Positions 27,265-41,400 of a DNA stretch of 64,000 nucleotides are shown here, piece by piece. The stretch comes from Balanoglossus misakiensis (Eukaryota; Animalia; Hemichordata): NCBI GenBank assembly GCA_040954595.2, contig CM082593.2, forward strand, positions 1,622,901-1,686,900, in the 5' to 3' direction. Made by a program: the position numbers and the translations under genes. The notes under the pieces were generated by a model that worked only from the letters and a program-made list of their open reading frames with translations, ran no database searches and was not told the origin of the DNA. Every line of letters starts with the position of its first letter. The stretch's first letter is position 1.

Positions 27265-30200
27265 TCCAAGTTCTGTCGCCTGTACTTGCGAATCGTTTGG
27301 TTCTTTTCTCCTTCTTGCGAGTTACTCCGAGGTCTGCATTCATTATCACGTGGTGTATGCCCGTCATGTCGTACCTGGCTTGCGGTATTTCCCCAAATTG
27401 GCATGAATATTCATGAATTGACCATTTTAATATACCATTCTACACTCAAACATTAGGCCGCCCACCAAGCTTCAGTTAAACGTGTATTTATTTCTACAGA
27501 AGTGTTTTAGGTCGCACACGCACAAATTACGTCAGGGAAATTTCACTGACGCACAATGACCTGTACGTACTTCCCCACGAAACCGAAAGTAACTCTATAC
27601 AATGCCGGTTCTTCAACCCTGATTGAATAGTATGCAACAGTGGAAGTACGCGGTAAACATCCTGCATTTTAATGAATTGAAATAACAAAAAATAACCCAC
27701 GCAAAAGGTGAAAAAAAAGTTCAAATATATCAGGTAAAAGAGCAGAGAGAATCAGGAACATAAACAGATCTTCAATGTCCTTGAAGATTCTTAACTTCTT
27801 GAAGGTCACACTAAACCTAGACAGTAAGGAATATCAACAACACGGAAAACCAAAGGATCAGTCTATGTCCACAGGCGATCCAGCCACCCCTCTGTAATTA
27901 TACACACCCCATCTGCTGCAGCCGAGCGCATATTATCGATTTCCGGTGGATAATGGGAAGTGGAACGATAATTATTGCACGCAAAAGACGGGAATTGAAT
28001 AATCAAACCGAGCTTCTCGTTTTTATGTCGGGAGTGCGTGACTACCAACCTTCCCGTTTCTATGTTTGGAGTGCGTGACTATCAGCCTTTTTTCTGTAAA
28101 GGGCGAGCTTTGTTTCATTGAATCTGTATACGATGTAGCCCCCTCTACTTGCGTTGTTATGACGACTGCTATTATGGTGCATTTAGTTCACGCAAAAATA
28201 AAGAACGTAAATGTATATGTTCATATTGTATGAATCCACACGGTGAGCAGTGTGTTGCTTGTCCAGTCCCACATGCAAATGTATTACCATATATCCCTGC
28301 CTACCCACGCGAGATCTCGTCGAGTTTGGAAAATGGTCTATTTCGGTCACCATACATATTCTGGGGGTTAAAGGCGTTAGTGATATGTTCTTAGGTGTAA
28401 TCTGTCAGAGACAGAGCATTCCTTGCAAATACGTGCTCTGTGGTAACAAGCTGTCACCACTAAAATGATTATTATAACTTGCTGAGTGACAAATCATTAT
28501 TTAAACATATTTCCAGATGGATCATAAACATTAAATCTGTACGTAATATACCACCCGAAGAAAAACGCTGACATTCCCTTATCAGACAGAAATTCGAAGG
28601 CAGTTTTACACATAGGCGTGAGATATGTCACTTTAACAGGCATGTTATTCGACTTCAACGCACGCACTTTCTCCACGAAAATATTTTCCCCGTGGGCTTT
28701 AGTCGAACGATTTATCACAATCAAAGGATTGGACTGGGAAAGAACATGGAATCGAGGTCGAAATAGCAATAAATGCTGAAAGGATTTACTCCTCGTAAAG
28801 CAACATTAATATGCATTTAATCGATTCTTGAAAATGGCGTCAGTGATGTGGGGTCATTATGGACTCATCATAGTAACCGGCCGACGAAGTTAAAGTTCGT
28901 CTAAATTGTATTGGGCTGGCAATATATTTTTATGTTTATAATTTTGGTGCTTGGTACGGGCTGGAAAATTTCCCTGTGACGTTGGAGAGCGTTGAAAGTA
29001 ATTAGGCTGGCACGTCCAGTTGTCGGCGAGTTTAATTTTGGGATAATGTATTGTTTTACGCGCACATTCTATCTTTTGTTCACAGTGAATCTATCAAAAT
29101 TGGTTCATCACTTATATTTAGAAGCATACAATCACAGATGGAGAGGCTATTGTCGCTTGCGTCCGGGGCAATTCTGTAAAGAGACAATGAAATTTACATA
29201 TTACAGGAACGGGAGGAATGCGTGTGCTTAATATCCATAACAATAGAAACTAGACATATAAAAAGAAACTAAGACAAAAACCAACAAAACAAAACACACA
29301 CACAATGGCATTAAACAAGACTTATATAAGAGATTATTTAAAATTGGTAGTGATAAATCAGGTTGAGGCCCGACTTCGTACTTAGTATTATTGGGGCCGC
29401 ATGCTAGGTTGTACATCCAGAACAGAAAACACTTAATTAGACTTGGAAGGTCGACTGAGACTCATATTTCATTTCTAACCACACGCTATCAACATCATCA
29501 ACACGCTCGTGTAACATGACGTTCGAGCGCCTGTATGTAAGTATTCCGTCTTTCATTTCATGTCGTCATCTTGTTAGATTTCTTAAGCATGAAAGCCCCA
29601 GTCGACGTTAAGGAGTTGTTTTTGTCGGTGTAGTGGGACGATGACTTAACTATAAATTGGGAGATCTTACAATACTCGAGTAGGGCAAAGGAAATCTATG
29701 GCTTGAAACTATCTCATACAAAACCGGTAATTAAGAAAGCTTTCTGCGAAGCATGAATTACTGTCGACGTCATGTTTTCTATGAAACACGAGTGGTAATT
29801 GTCAACAGATGCTAAGACGTGCCATCCTCGTATTCGCAGACGCGTGGAAAATGCATATCGCCACAAACAATCCAGCGATGTATGATAAAGAAAGTTCAAG
29901 CTTGCCATAGTAACGGGGGTTCACGCTCTCTCTTAACGCTGGCGACGCGGCCTCTTCCTCCAAGCATTAATTGAAGTCGTGTACGTTTTGCTTAGCCATA
30001 GCCGCAAAGACAGCCCCTCGTACCCGTCAAGATGATGAGTTAAATTGGCGATGTATTAGACACATTGCAAGCGCTGTCAGATATTTCAATATCAGCTTAT
30101 ATAGTTCATCGTATAGTTAATACGAACACTGCCTTCAGTGGCCTCAAGCTGCGTTGACTGACCGGACTGTACCCAATAATTCACGCTTTTGATGAGATAA

Positions 30201-30770
30201 TCTCTGGCGATGTTTTCCTAAGAAGCATTTCGATTGGAATTGGCGATATTATTAAAAGAAACTCCGATAACCAGGTCAGATGGTAACTCTAAACGCCTCG
30301 CTGCTGGATGGAGAGTGACCCCTTTTACTTGGTCTGTGACGTGCACAGCAATGTTAACCCAGGACGTTATACACACATTTAGACATCGTTAAAGTATAAT
30401 ATGGAATGGCTTTTAAATAAAACCGATAGTGAACCTTTGATGGGATCTGCCCAGTCTATGTAACATCTAACTCTTACACACACTAATACGCGTGCTTGTA
30501 GTAAGCGCGTACAACACGAATGTTCCAGGCAGCATGACACTGACATTGTCAAGACACATATTAAAGTGACCCCTTCGCGAAATAAAAGATCATATCACAA
30601 GCATATTTTTCAGACCACAGAGAAAATATTCAATATCATGAACGTTAATTAAATGTCTTTTTGCCATACAGACATTTTAGCCTTGCTGAGTATGCGACGT
30701 CACAACCGACAAGAGATTGGTCAAGTTGTCATTTTAAACCAACTCTGAAGATTTGAGCAGCCACGGCAAA

Positions 30771-33578
30771 ATGCAGCTACAAAGTAAGAAAGAATGCACA
30801 GTTTGTTGTCTTGTTTATATTGGTTGCTGTCCATGAATAGACCATTGCCAAACCCTCGCATCCTGAAAACAATCTGTAGAATCGAACAATAATTTTATTC
30901 CTATCGTATACTTTTTCAGCTTGTAGTGTTTACAAGTAACATGATCCCAGAATTATTCTATAAATATCAAGACTAAAATTTTCATGTGAAGTTTTAAATT
31001 TAAATGGGTGACGTACGTACTCACCAATGATTTTTGCAAATACCAATCCTCTTGTGTGTAATAATAACCGTGATTTATTATACAACGCAGTCGCTTTTGT
31101 CTGCGCAGATCGGATATCAATCATTTAGATATATTTAATATCCTCTCATATGAAAAAAACCTCTTATCTCTCACATATTCAAGATCAAATGAAGAATAAA
31201 CGTGGTTACCGCGTGTAATGTGCTACCTCACGAATATTTGTACATTATTTCTCATTTCAGCGCCCAGTGTTGCCAGACTGAGGTTTTACAGGCGGCCTTC
31301 CTGGGAGTCCGATGAAAGTCCGTCTGACGTCAGTGAAGTCGAAATTCCCGCCCAGATCAACTCCAAGCCTTCGCAAGTGGAACTCTTGGCGAGCACTGTT
31401 CTCGAAGCAGGAAAAGACAGAGAGGACAATGCGTCCGGAACGTTCTTTTACAGAATTACTAAAACTATTTTAGTCTATTTTGCCTGCTTTAGTCTGGTGA
31501 GTAAATCTGCTGGAGATAATTATACACACCCACGGTAACTCCACGCCTAACTTCATGGAACGCAAAACTTTTGCCAAGATTGACATTTTTGACACGCACC
31601 ACGAACAAGAAAGGAGAAGTGGTACGTCAACAGATTCTGACGATTCAAACTTTCAGTTCCTGACATACAAAATTGATTTGTATTTTTAACATACTGCACT
31701 TCTTTGTTTTGAATACAAACAGGGGTCATGTAATGCAGTTGTTGGACCAAGCTTGCCCGACTTCCAAATCCAGGTACGAGAGTCTCTCCAAACGACAAGT
31801 TTTGTGTTCACCGCCAGAAGTGCCGGTTACCTCGTCGGTTCGGTCGTTGGCGGCGCCTGCTTTGACCGATACGAGAACCAACTGATGTTAGCCCTCAGTT
31901 CGTTATGCGCCGCCATCTTTGGTGTCCTGGTGGCGTGCAGTGACAGTTTTGCCTTGCTGATATGCATCATTGCATTGTGGGGCTTCTTTTCCGGATTCCA
32001 AGAAACAGGTAAATAAGTTCAAGAGTCGTATGATTGCATTGTGGGGCTTCTTATCCGGATTCCAAGAAACAGGTAAATAAGTTCAGGAATCGTATGATTG
32101 CATGTTGGGGCTTCTTTTCCGGATTCCAAGAAACAGGTAAATAAGGTCAGGAATCGTATGATCTTTGCAGATGACGAGATTTAGCACCAGAAGGTCCCAC
32201 TTGACGATCAGGTTTATCAGACAATTTATTTATTAGATAAAAAAATCACGGAGGAAAAGAAAATGAGAAGCTGTAAACTGGCAATCAGATATCCACTAAT
32301 GCGAGAATCACGGGTTGAGAAGTGATCCCATTGTCAGTGTTATTCACTGCTGAGTGTTAATCTCTTATATGTGGAAGTTAACATATCCTTTTCCACTTTC
32401 CCTCAGGAATAAACTACACCTGCGTTAAAATATGGAAAGACTCTGGACCCTGGATTCAAGGTCTCAATTTCTTCTATGCCGTGGGAGGTACACTCGCACC
32501 TCTGATTGCTGGACCGTTTCTGAGCCGGTCAGATGACGAAAGCACTACAACTCTGCCCTCAACGCCAGGGGTTGGGGAAATCGAGAACACGACTGCAGCA
32601 AGTTTGGCGAGAGAGAGTTTTAAATATGACAGTAGCCCAGAAGGCAACCTCAGTAGTGCGTACATTTTCAGGACGTTGATACAACCAACCCTTCAAACTT
32701 TGTCAGGCGGCGGGGAAGATTCGAACATTTCCCTTCTCAAACACGACGAAGTAACAGATGGCCTGGGGAGGTTATGGGTACCCTACGGCATAATAGCAGC
32801 TTTTAACTTAACCGTTGCCATGGCTTTCTTCTGGTTGTTCTCGAGAGGGTCTCGCCGCATAGCGATACCAAAACCCCCGCCTGAACCAGGAGCCAACTCG
32901 GCGCGGGACTCAGCGAAAAATGACCGTTTATTTCGGTCTGTTATACTCATGTTGATGTTTTTATTCTACTTTGCCTATATTGGCAATGAGATTGTTTACA
33001 GTGGGTTCATATACACTTTCGCTATCAGTTCAGATCTTGGTTTCACTACAAAATCGGCGAGTTATCTGAATTCAGTCTTTTGGGGCGGTTTTGCAGTCGT
33101 CTGTGCCTTTGGGATTGGCTGCTCGATTTTTCTGACACCCAGGACTATGCTTATTATAGATCTGTTAGGCATTTGCGTTTCGAGCATCCTTCTTGTGGCC
33201 TCTGGCGATAAGAGTGAAGCTGGTTTATGGGGTGGCACTATTTTACTCGGCGCGTCTATGGCAACGCTGTTTCCAACAGGGATTTCTTGGGTGGAACGAT
33301 ATATCAAACTCACCGGCAAAGCGATGGGAGTACTCGTCATGTCGTCTGCTTGCGCAGAGATGGTGTTGCCATGGGTACTCGGATGGCTGTTCTCGGTGGT
33401 CGGCATCATGGTGCTGATGTACGCCACCTTCGTGTTATCCGTGTGCACCGTCATCGTCTACATCGTCATGCAAGCCATAGCGTCACGCCACGGCGAGAGA
33501 CGCAAATCTAAGAAGGACAAGACGACAGATTCTGGACCCGAACTTGAACCTGAATCTGGGATCGAATTGCAAGTTTAG
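30771..33578 (+). CDS. MFSD4B: Major facilitator superfamily transporter, MFSD4B / sodium-dependent glucose transporter 1 (NaGLT1)-like, about 568 aa, 4 exons
   Basis: Exons 30771-30783 (ATGCAGCTACAAA|GTAAG; this micro first exon is inferred from phase), 31261-31496, 31723-32008 and 32407-33578. Motifs GPSLPD, GPWIQGLNFFYAVGGTLAPLIA, FYFAYIGNEIVYSGFI, YLNSVFWG and GASMATLFPTGISWVE..I.LTGK match my recollection of MFSD4-family proteins. AATAAA at 33639-33644. The symbol means 'like'; orthology was not tested. Confidence 0.88.
31969..32160 (+). repeat. 3 x 64-bp tandem repeat spanning the exon 3 / intron 3 boundary of the MFS gene
   Basis: Unit ATTGCATTGTGGGGCTTCTTTTCCGGATTCCAAGAAACAGGTAAATAAGTTCAAGAGTCGTATG starts at 31969, 32033 and 32097 with few substitutions. 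Confidence 0.95.
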
Positions 33579-34247
33579 TCGAGAATGTTCAACTTTTGCT
33601 GACCGTGATAGTAGTATACTAGTATCACCACAGGGCTCAATAAAAGACGGCACACCGGTGTTTTCCTCGAATATGAAGTTTTGCTTTTCATTAGAAAAGT
33701 ATTTTACTTAATATATTCCAACAGAAAATGCCGCAGTGTCATATTTTACTGGCCACTTCAGGAATTGAACCTGAAGTGAGAATCAGTCGCAGAAGGGCAA
33801 TCTTTGCCACAGTGATGGATTACGCTCTCCACTACGTTGGACGTTTGTACACACATCAGTAAAGACATCACAGCTACCGCATGTGATGATAGCGGAATCT
33901 CCAATATCAGAATATGGGAGGATGGTTAGTTCTTAAAAGATTACAGCAGAGATTTCCAGCTGATGAAAACTTTCGTTTATCGGGGGAAATGCCACAAAGA
34001 TAGACCACGGGAGAAATACATCAGCAAAGATTACATTGTACCAAATTGAAAACAAAAATCAATCATGGAACCTAATCACGTCACGAACACTCAGTCTGTG
34101 AGGCTGCCGCACAACACCGTGATATAACACAGTTATTAGAAAGCGATTGGATATTTCTGGTAAAAATCTATAGTATGACGTCGACACTATGAAACCATCA
34201 TCGACTGCAGGAATAGCACATTTCTAACCCTCGTGTACGTGTACCAA

Positions 34248-34423
34248 TTAAAGCCTCTATTGCTGCCATTTTCATGATTTTATTTTCCAACTTAAATTGG
34301 TCCATCTAAATAAGTTGACTATAGGTATACATTAATGGTGAGGATTTTAGAGTATAGGGAATCTATCTGAAGTATTTTCAATTGGGAAAACAACGTGAAA
34401 TTTGGCAGCTCTAGAGGCTTTAA
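34248..34423. mobile_element. MITE with terminal inverted repeats and TTAA target-site duplication (Kolobok-like)
   Basis: Left end TTAA-AGCCTCTATTGCTGCCATTTTCATG; reverse complement of right end TTAA-AGCCTCTAGAGCTGCCAAATTTCACG. Purine-purine termini inside TTAA fit Kolobok rather than piggyBac (CC termini). Confidence 0.75.
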
Positions 34424-35289
34424 TGCACCAAAGTAGCTTACTGCAAACGTGACTATTCTCGTGACCCGCTTTTCCAGTAACTGTACCCCTTCGGAGAAAA
34501 AATAAACTCTTAAAAACTCTGAGAATAGCCTACAGCTCTCAATATGATTGGTCCTTAGTTGAAAATGTCACATCTTAGACGCAATTCTTTAGTATTAGTT
34601 TTAATGACCCCAAAACAGACGCCAGGACTGGTCTAAAATCTCGTATCGTTAATACTGCAACCGCTAATTCTGAAAAAGCAGAAGTAATCAACTAAATGAA
34701 TTCGGAACCCTTCGGGGCGCATCGCCAGCCAGCCACACCCCGGATGTTGTCGGTGGATTGGACAGCTGAAGGACGTATGCATTGCGATGACCCCCAGACG
34801 AGGTGTTTCCCAATAATGAAAAAGTTAATGTATTTATCTCACGACATCTATAGTCTTACACATGAATTATAATACGAGTCTGCTAATTTAGATGAAGTAC
34901 CTGACGAATAGAGTAGGATGACTAAAATATGCGAGATAAAGTGTGTAATTATTTGCTGCGGTCGTTTTTTAAAACATCCGAGACAGTAATGGTCGTTGGA
35001 AGACTAGAACATTCGGTTATATTTGGATAAAATTGTGGAATGATAGTTTGAGGGCGCCTGTCTGTTAACACATATTGGTCTTCACTTCAGGCTGAGATTT
35101 TGCGGTCACGTTGGTACAGATGGCATCGTGCCGACAGTATAGAAAATGAGAAAATACAGTATTATATTGGAAAAAATAATATTAAAGCTCGTCTAATTAT
35201 AAAACACACTTCAATTTATGGTGACATCAAATTAAATCGTGTATGTAGGTACCCCAGGGTTTATATGATGAGATAGGCAATATGATAAG

Positions 35290-35350
35290 CCAATAGGCCG
35301 CCGTGTGTGACGCTTCGTGACGTCAAATACGAGATCTCTTGTTTGAGGTA
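35290..35350 (+). promoter_or_regulatory. Proximal promoter elements of GPCR copy 1 (CCAAT plus CRE)
   Basis: CCAAT at 35290, half-CRE TGACG at 35308 and full palindromic CRE TGACGTCA at 35318-35325, about 95 bp upstream of the ATG. The CRE recurs upstream of the paralog. Confidence 0.5.
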
Positions 35351-35419
35351 GGGGAAACCTATTTATGAAGCAGCTGGCATAGGTACCGCTGTTACTTTGT
35401 GAAGTTTGCATATACCGCT

Positions 35420-38400
35420 ATGGGTGAGCACATGATGGATTACGAAGACTACATTGAGTACTTTGAGTTTTACTTCAACATATCCCTGAATGGAACTAAC
35501 TGGACAATGTACATGGACGAGCGACGTATCTCGGACCTGGCCATGTCCTACAAAAGCCAGGTGTTCCTGACTTTTGCTTTCACTTTTAACATGGTCTTAT
35601 CCATCGTCGGCAACACAATCGTTATCGTGGTCCTTCTTTGCGAAAAGACCGGGCGGACCGACCTGAACGCTTTCCTCGTCCACCTGGCGGTGGCCGACCT
35701 GGCCATGGCAATCTTCTGTATGCCTTTTACGTTCCCAACCATCATGTACGGACACTGGATCTTTGGGACAGCAATGTGCCCGACAGTCATCTTCATACAA
35801 CAGGTAACTCACCTTCAGCTTACATGCATGCTGCTTTAATAATAAAGGATACCCTTTCTCTGCAGTTTCATGCTGTCGAAATTTCCGAGAAAACTGACTC
35901 CGTTTCACATCACTCTTTCCGATGAAACGGTTGAAAGGTAATTATTGCTCTCAAGTGCAGTCACCCTGTCTTCCGTTCCCTTTTTTCATTCAAATGCCTT
36001 TGGGGGTAATGATTTTACTAATTACAGTGAATCAGGCAGGAATGATTACTGTTGTATCAAATTTCATCTACTAGCACATCTTGTATCATTGTTTGAAAAG
36101 ACAGGAAAAACAGAACAGAGTTTGATTGGTGTATAATAATGTAGCAATTTTGCCAATCTCCTCGTGGTTAATGTTATACGGGAATTATGAGAGCGATATT
36201 GAGTGCAGGGCGTCATGGTCTACTAACTGACCAATAAACTACTATTAGATACGCATTGTAGAATTCAATAATGTAAACATTTGTACCAACGTTACCTTAA
36301 TTCTTCAAAACAGAATGTTGTCATGGTGACATGCTCCCCCCCCCGATCTTCAAAACTGGAGCTCAAAGCTTGTAGGTGTGACTATATAGAGATAATTTCA
36401 TTGTTACAACGGATATGCCATCGAATTTCTATTAATTCGAACATGTTCTGTGAATCGGGCAAAACCGCATGTTCCCATTAGTATGCGTCTTCTGCTCTCG
36501 ACATAGTGTCCTATCTGTAAAGTACCACGGTACGTATAACTTGTGTTTCGGCGCCATACATGCAAGCGAATTCATAATCGTTTGTAAATGTAAAAGAAAT
36601 ACATCAGCTTAAGCTATTTTGATAATTTCAGCTGGAATGTGATGTATGTTTGAATAGTTGATTATTTTCTTTCGGGGGATAACTGTTGCTCTTGATTCAA
36701 TGATTGTTTCATGCTAAATATGTCTATAATCGAGGTCATGGTGAATCAAGAAACCGAATGTAATAGTCTGTGCAGCTGACGATATTTACGATCGACTAAA
36801 CCCGAATGAACGCCGTCAAACGCGGAATATAAAACAACAACAGTCATTTATTTTTGTTTTGCACATTTAAACTTTTCTGGGCAATCCATCATAAAATGGG
36901 ACCTGACTACAGAAAGGCACTACCAGCAATACACTCCTAAAATTTAATTATTTGCTATAAAAATCGAAATATTTTATCTCCTATTTTAGAAATCGTAAAT
37001 TAAGTTTCTAAATAATAAACAAGAAATAAATGAGCTGGTATTCAAATTCAATGTACGCAAACAATGGATAATGCAGTCTGTTCAAAAACTATAGCCTGAG
37101 TGAGGCCTGTATTGTAGACAAAGTCTACAGTTTCCATGTAGAAAGTCTTATACTTCAATTAGTATAATTCTACTACTAGCAAGTCCTAAGTGAACTGTGA
37201 TAAGAGATATCATGCGCCCTGCCTTTTGCCCTTTTGCAAAGTAAAATGTCTGCTGCCAGGATTGAACTTTGGATTTTGTCAGAGTAACCGATGTTACGGA
37301 AGCGTAACAGACCACGGTGGTTCAAAATAACTGGGAAATAGAGCTTATTATTTACTTGTAAACGAATGGAAATATGAGCCCGTGTTTGTGTTATATAAGC
37401 CATTTTTTCTTCTCGTGATCACTGTTAGGTTAGGGGAAAGCAAAACATGTCTGAACAAAACTATTAATTGTGATGATTTCAAATGTTACACACGCAACCA
37501 GTAGTCGCTATATCTAGTGGCGGTTTCTGTTATGGCCAGATAGTTTTTTAATATACATGCATGTGTAAATACATATCGGAACTGATTTGGGCCAGTTTAA
37601 ACTTTCTTGTTTTGGTGCGGTATTAAATTTTACCAACAGTAAACCAGGCGAGCACCAGATGGTGCAAACATGTGTCATTGCTGCTCCAAAGTAAACAGAC
37701 CACTTTCACCATATTGTGTACTCCAGTGGAACGACTTTTTAACGGTTTGGCGCGAAATGCTATGTTCAATTTAATCGTTGCGTGGAACACTGTCGTATGT
37801 GCACCAGTGGAGTTTGTGATGATTAAATATGGCCATTACTGCTCACGTGATGTTCCCCTTGCGGTGATTTTCCTGTTACATTGTTTTAACGGTCCAGCGT
37901 GCAAGCAAGCATGGTGATTCGAAAAGTGATAAAATTTGAGAGCGCAGACAACGGAAAATTGATGCCGAAAGTCTGTGCTTCGTTGACATCATACAAGGCT
38001 ACTAACAGTTCCTCGACTGTGCGACACGTCTTAAGTACAAACCTGCTTTCCTAGCGATGTTCACTCTGCAGCAAGTATAAATTATGCATGTGGTAGGGTC
38101 CTTTGCTTTCCGTTCGCCTGCGGTTGCTGAAACCCAGATGAAAGGCCAACCTTTCCGTCTCAGGGAACAGAACACGCCGACGCATGCCTACTTAGGGAGT
38201 ATTCACAAAGATGTTCTGTTTAATGTGGTGATGATCTTTACAGGCAAAGGCCAAGGCAAAGTTTTAGAGAAATCTACCCAGCAGTTTTCACGGTTTTGTT
38301 TTGTCCCCTGCGATTTTCATAATTTCCGGTACCGTCATTGTGAAAAGGATTTTGAAAACGCTCACGAGTTCAGTGAATGTTCAGAGGTTAAGTTTGATAG

Positions 38401-41400
38401 AGGGACCCAATGCAATATCTGCTGTTGTTGCATTTCGAGGGACGGAAGCTTAGAACATGTTATCAGTGACCCAGCGTTAAATGATCCTCTGTATACGTAT
38501 TAGCTGATTCAACACATCAGTCAGTCAATCAATCAAACCATCAGCTATCTACTAACACAAATCAGGAAAAAAACATTTACCTAGACAAGTCGTAATCCTC
38601 AATAGGGTCCTCAAAAATAGTTCAAATTTAAAAAGGAAATTGCAGTCATACATACAACATCAAGAAGAATGTTAATAGTTCAATTCAGCAATGTGTAATA
38701 AGAAAATTGAAGTCATAAATTCAACATCAATAAGAATGTTAATCGATCTATTCAGCAATATGTTTACTGTCCAAATTCTTTGTGGTCGTAACTCTCCAGA
38801 CAACACTGCAAAAGTACGCGAAGGATTGAGCAAACCTACAGCTTAGGTGAAAGAGGTTATAAATACACATCGAAGTAGGCCTATTTTCCTAGTACCATTC
38901 AAGAAAAACGTGGAAACAATTGAATGCAGTAGTCGCTGGAAATAATGGGATATTAAACCTTATTATCTCTGAGGAAAAAATAAATCCATGAAGGATTTAA
39001 AGACATGGAAATATACACACATCGTTACACAAATTTTGGATACAATACACTACTCTGAGTACACGAAATACATTATACCGTGAGAAAATATCTGCCTATA
39101 TTTGTTATATCAGTTGATACCACAGACTTGTATTCTTGCGACAAAGCAAACTCGGATTGTACTTTTCCTGCACAACTAGGGCCGAGAGACACAATTAGAA
39201 TTGAACATCCTACAGGAAGAGTACATAGCTTACAACAAGATTTGTTTATGACAGTAATACTATGGCTAATCCCACTCAAGAGACCACAAAGCGGTTTAGA
39301 GTTCTTGCGGTGTTTTGGGCTGCATGCCTGTCCCCACTGTTGGATTATACATGTATTGGTTGTCCATGAGAGTAACAGCATATGACTTTTCATCTCACTG
39401 TTTCCCGTGGGAAACAGTACTTTGGGGTGAATCGGTTCACAGGTCAGAGGGGAGATAGACATAATGCTGTTTGCCCAAATATAGCCAGTCAAAATGTGTT
39501 TTGTTCAGACACCTTAGAGAATATATCATTTATGCATGAGTTTTTCCGCAGAACACGCCATGTTGGTTGCCTATGCCTCTGCATGTGCACAAGCGTAGAT
39601 CATTTCCAGGTTACAGTTGTCAGAAATCGTTAACTGATGATGTGCCAGTTGCCTACATCAGTGTCAAAATGACGCACACCATGTGTCATTGATTTGACCA
39701 ATCAAAACTTTAGAATGGGGATCCATGTTACTATCAATGCAACTGTAAATAAAAAACACATTCACTCTGGCTCAAAGATATAGCTTTTTCTCCTACTTAT
39801 AAATGAAAAGCGTCAAAGTCTAAGGTTATCTGTGACGATTTAGTAGAACTAGCTCCTTCCCTTGGTCAGGCATAGTGCAGCCTATTGCACATGTAAGACT
39901 GCTTTAACTCTAGGTTGTGTACCCAGGCTTTGTATTATTGAATACCCGAAGCACATAGCTTCCACTTCACTTCACTGTGTCGCAATACTGTAATATAAAT
40001 TAGTGAAGAACTAAAATCCTACCGACTAGAAAGAGATTAACTGAGGATGTTAGGACCGTCATGACGCACACGTGCCTTTATATGGTCTTCTGCGACAGAT
40101 TTATTTCCATATTGAGCAGAGCCAAAATAAGTGTGCGTTGTCACAAGGTATAGCTTGCTTGCAGACGTACATGTAAATCACAGTTTACCGCATAACATAG
40201 TCAGTGAAGACACATTGCTACACGTGCAAATGTACATGGAGATATATGTACAACCATGCAATGCTTGATGACAATTATTGGTCGAGGTCACCTTTATCAG
40301 CCACACTTCAAGTTGGGAATACATTTGTATTCATCGACTCAAAACTCGCAATCTACTGTGAGAAATTACCATCAAGTAGCCAGCAAACAAAAACACTGCC
40401 AAATTCACTCAACTAAAAAGAGATGGTTCGATAACACTAAGATATATTGAGGCGTACAGTGAATTGAAGGTATCCCCCGTTTTTTACAATCAAGTCCTGC
40501 ATATTCGGCGTCCCATTGCTGTTTTCAATGCAGGCAAACCTTAGAAATTGCATCCGTTCTGCCGATAGAATTAATATATCAAACTCCTGGCTTATCCTGT
40601 GGAACATTTTTTACGCAGCGTTGCTAGGGATACGAGGGAAGGAGAAAATTGCATATTTCGCCACTGGCGGTAAACGTTAATGCATCTTTTGCTGGTGTGT
40701 TACCACATTACATGCACTGTGGCGTCAGGACAGATGATAATCGACCAGTCGTCGCCTGTGGTGTCGCTTATCTGCGACACTACAGGTGATGCACGTCGCG
40801 GCTTTCCCTCACAGCTTGGTGAAAATGCTGAATGTACAGTGTTAACAGTGTGTATAGGTAGAAATGCGAGAAGAAAAGTATTGAATGCATGTGGGCAGGC
40901 CTAATTGCCATTAAGACTGGCTGGATACAACTGAACCAGCTCAGCCAGACCGCAAAACCCGAGGTACTTAAGCCATCAGCATGAGTTAAGGTGTTTTTCA
41001 TTGTGGATGGCAGCTGGTTTGAAAACCTGCTACATGCATCATGTACCTGGTATATTTAATTAGATATTATTAAACAGGGATTATAGAATGTAAAGGCTAC
41101 ATCTATGTTTCAGATGATACCACTGTTACACTGAATGTCAAACTGAGTCACCTTATGTGAAATCTCAATAATCATGTGGAAGTCTCTACATAAAATTGGA
41201 AATACATTGAAATTCTAAGGATACTGACTCAAAATTAACATAGCGTCACATGATCTTGTCGTTTTGTGCCATCTACATGTTTCCATCCCCCAAGACGTGT
41301 TGCTCATTAAAGTGTTACCAACTTATATGAAACAAGAACTTTATCGACAGCAACCAGTTAGATAACAGTGAAACATAACTCGCATATGTTATAATCTGAA

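Noticed and set aside
33062-33511. Overlapping ORFs in the MFS exon, and similar ones over the GPCR, SYT and 7-TM exons
   Set aside because: Shadow frames of real coding exons with no motifs of their own.
34997-35007. TGGAAGACTAG matching the 5' end of miR-7 (also AGGCAAGATG of miR-31 at about 2160)
   Set aside because: The match stops after 10-11 nt and there is no precursor hairpin.
38084-39633. 100-139-aa ORFs in GPCR intron 1 (also 4293-4682 and 8805-9191)
   Set aside because: No recognisable domains, biased composition and no convincing splice context; consistent with chance ORFs.
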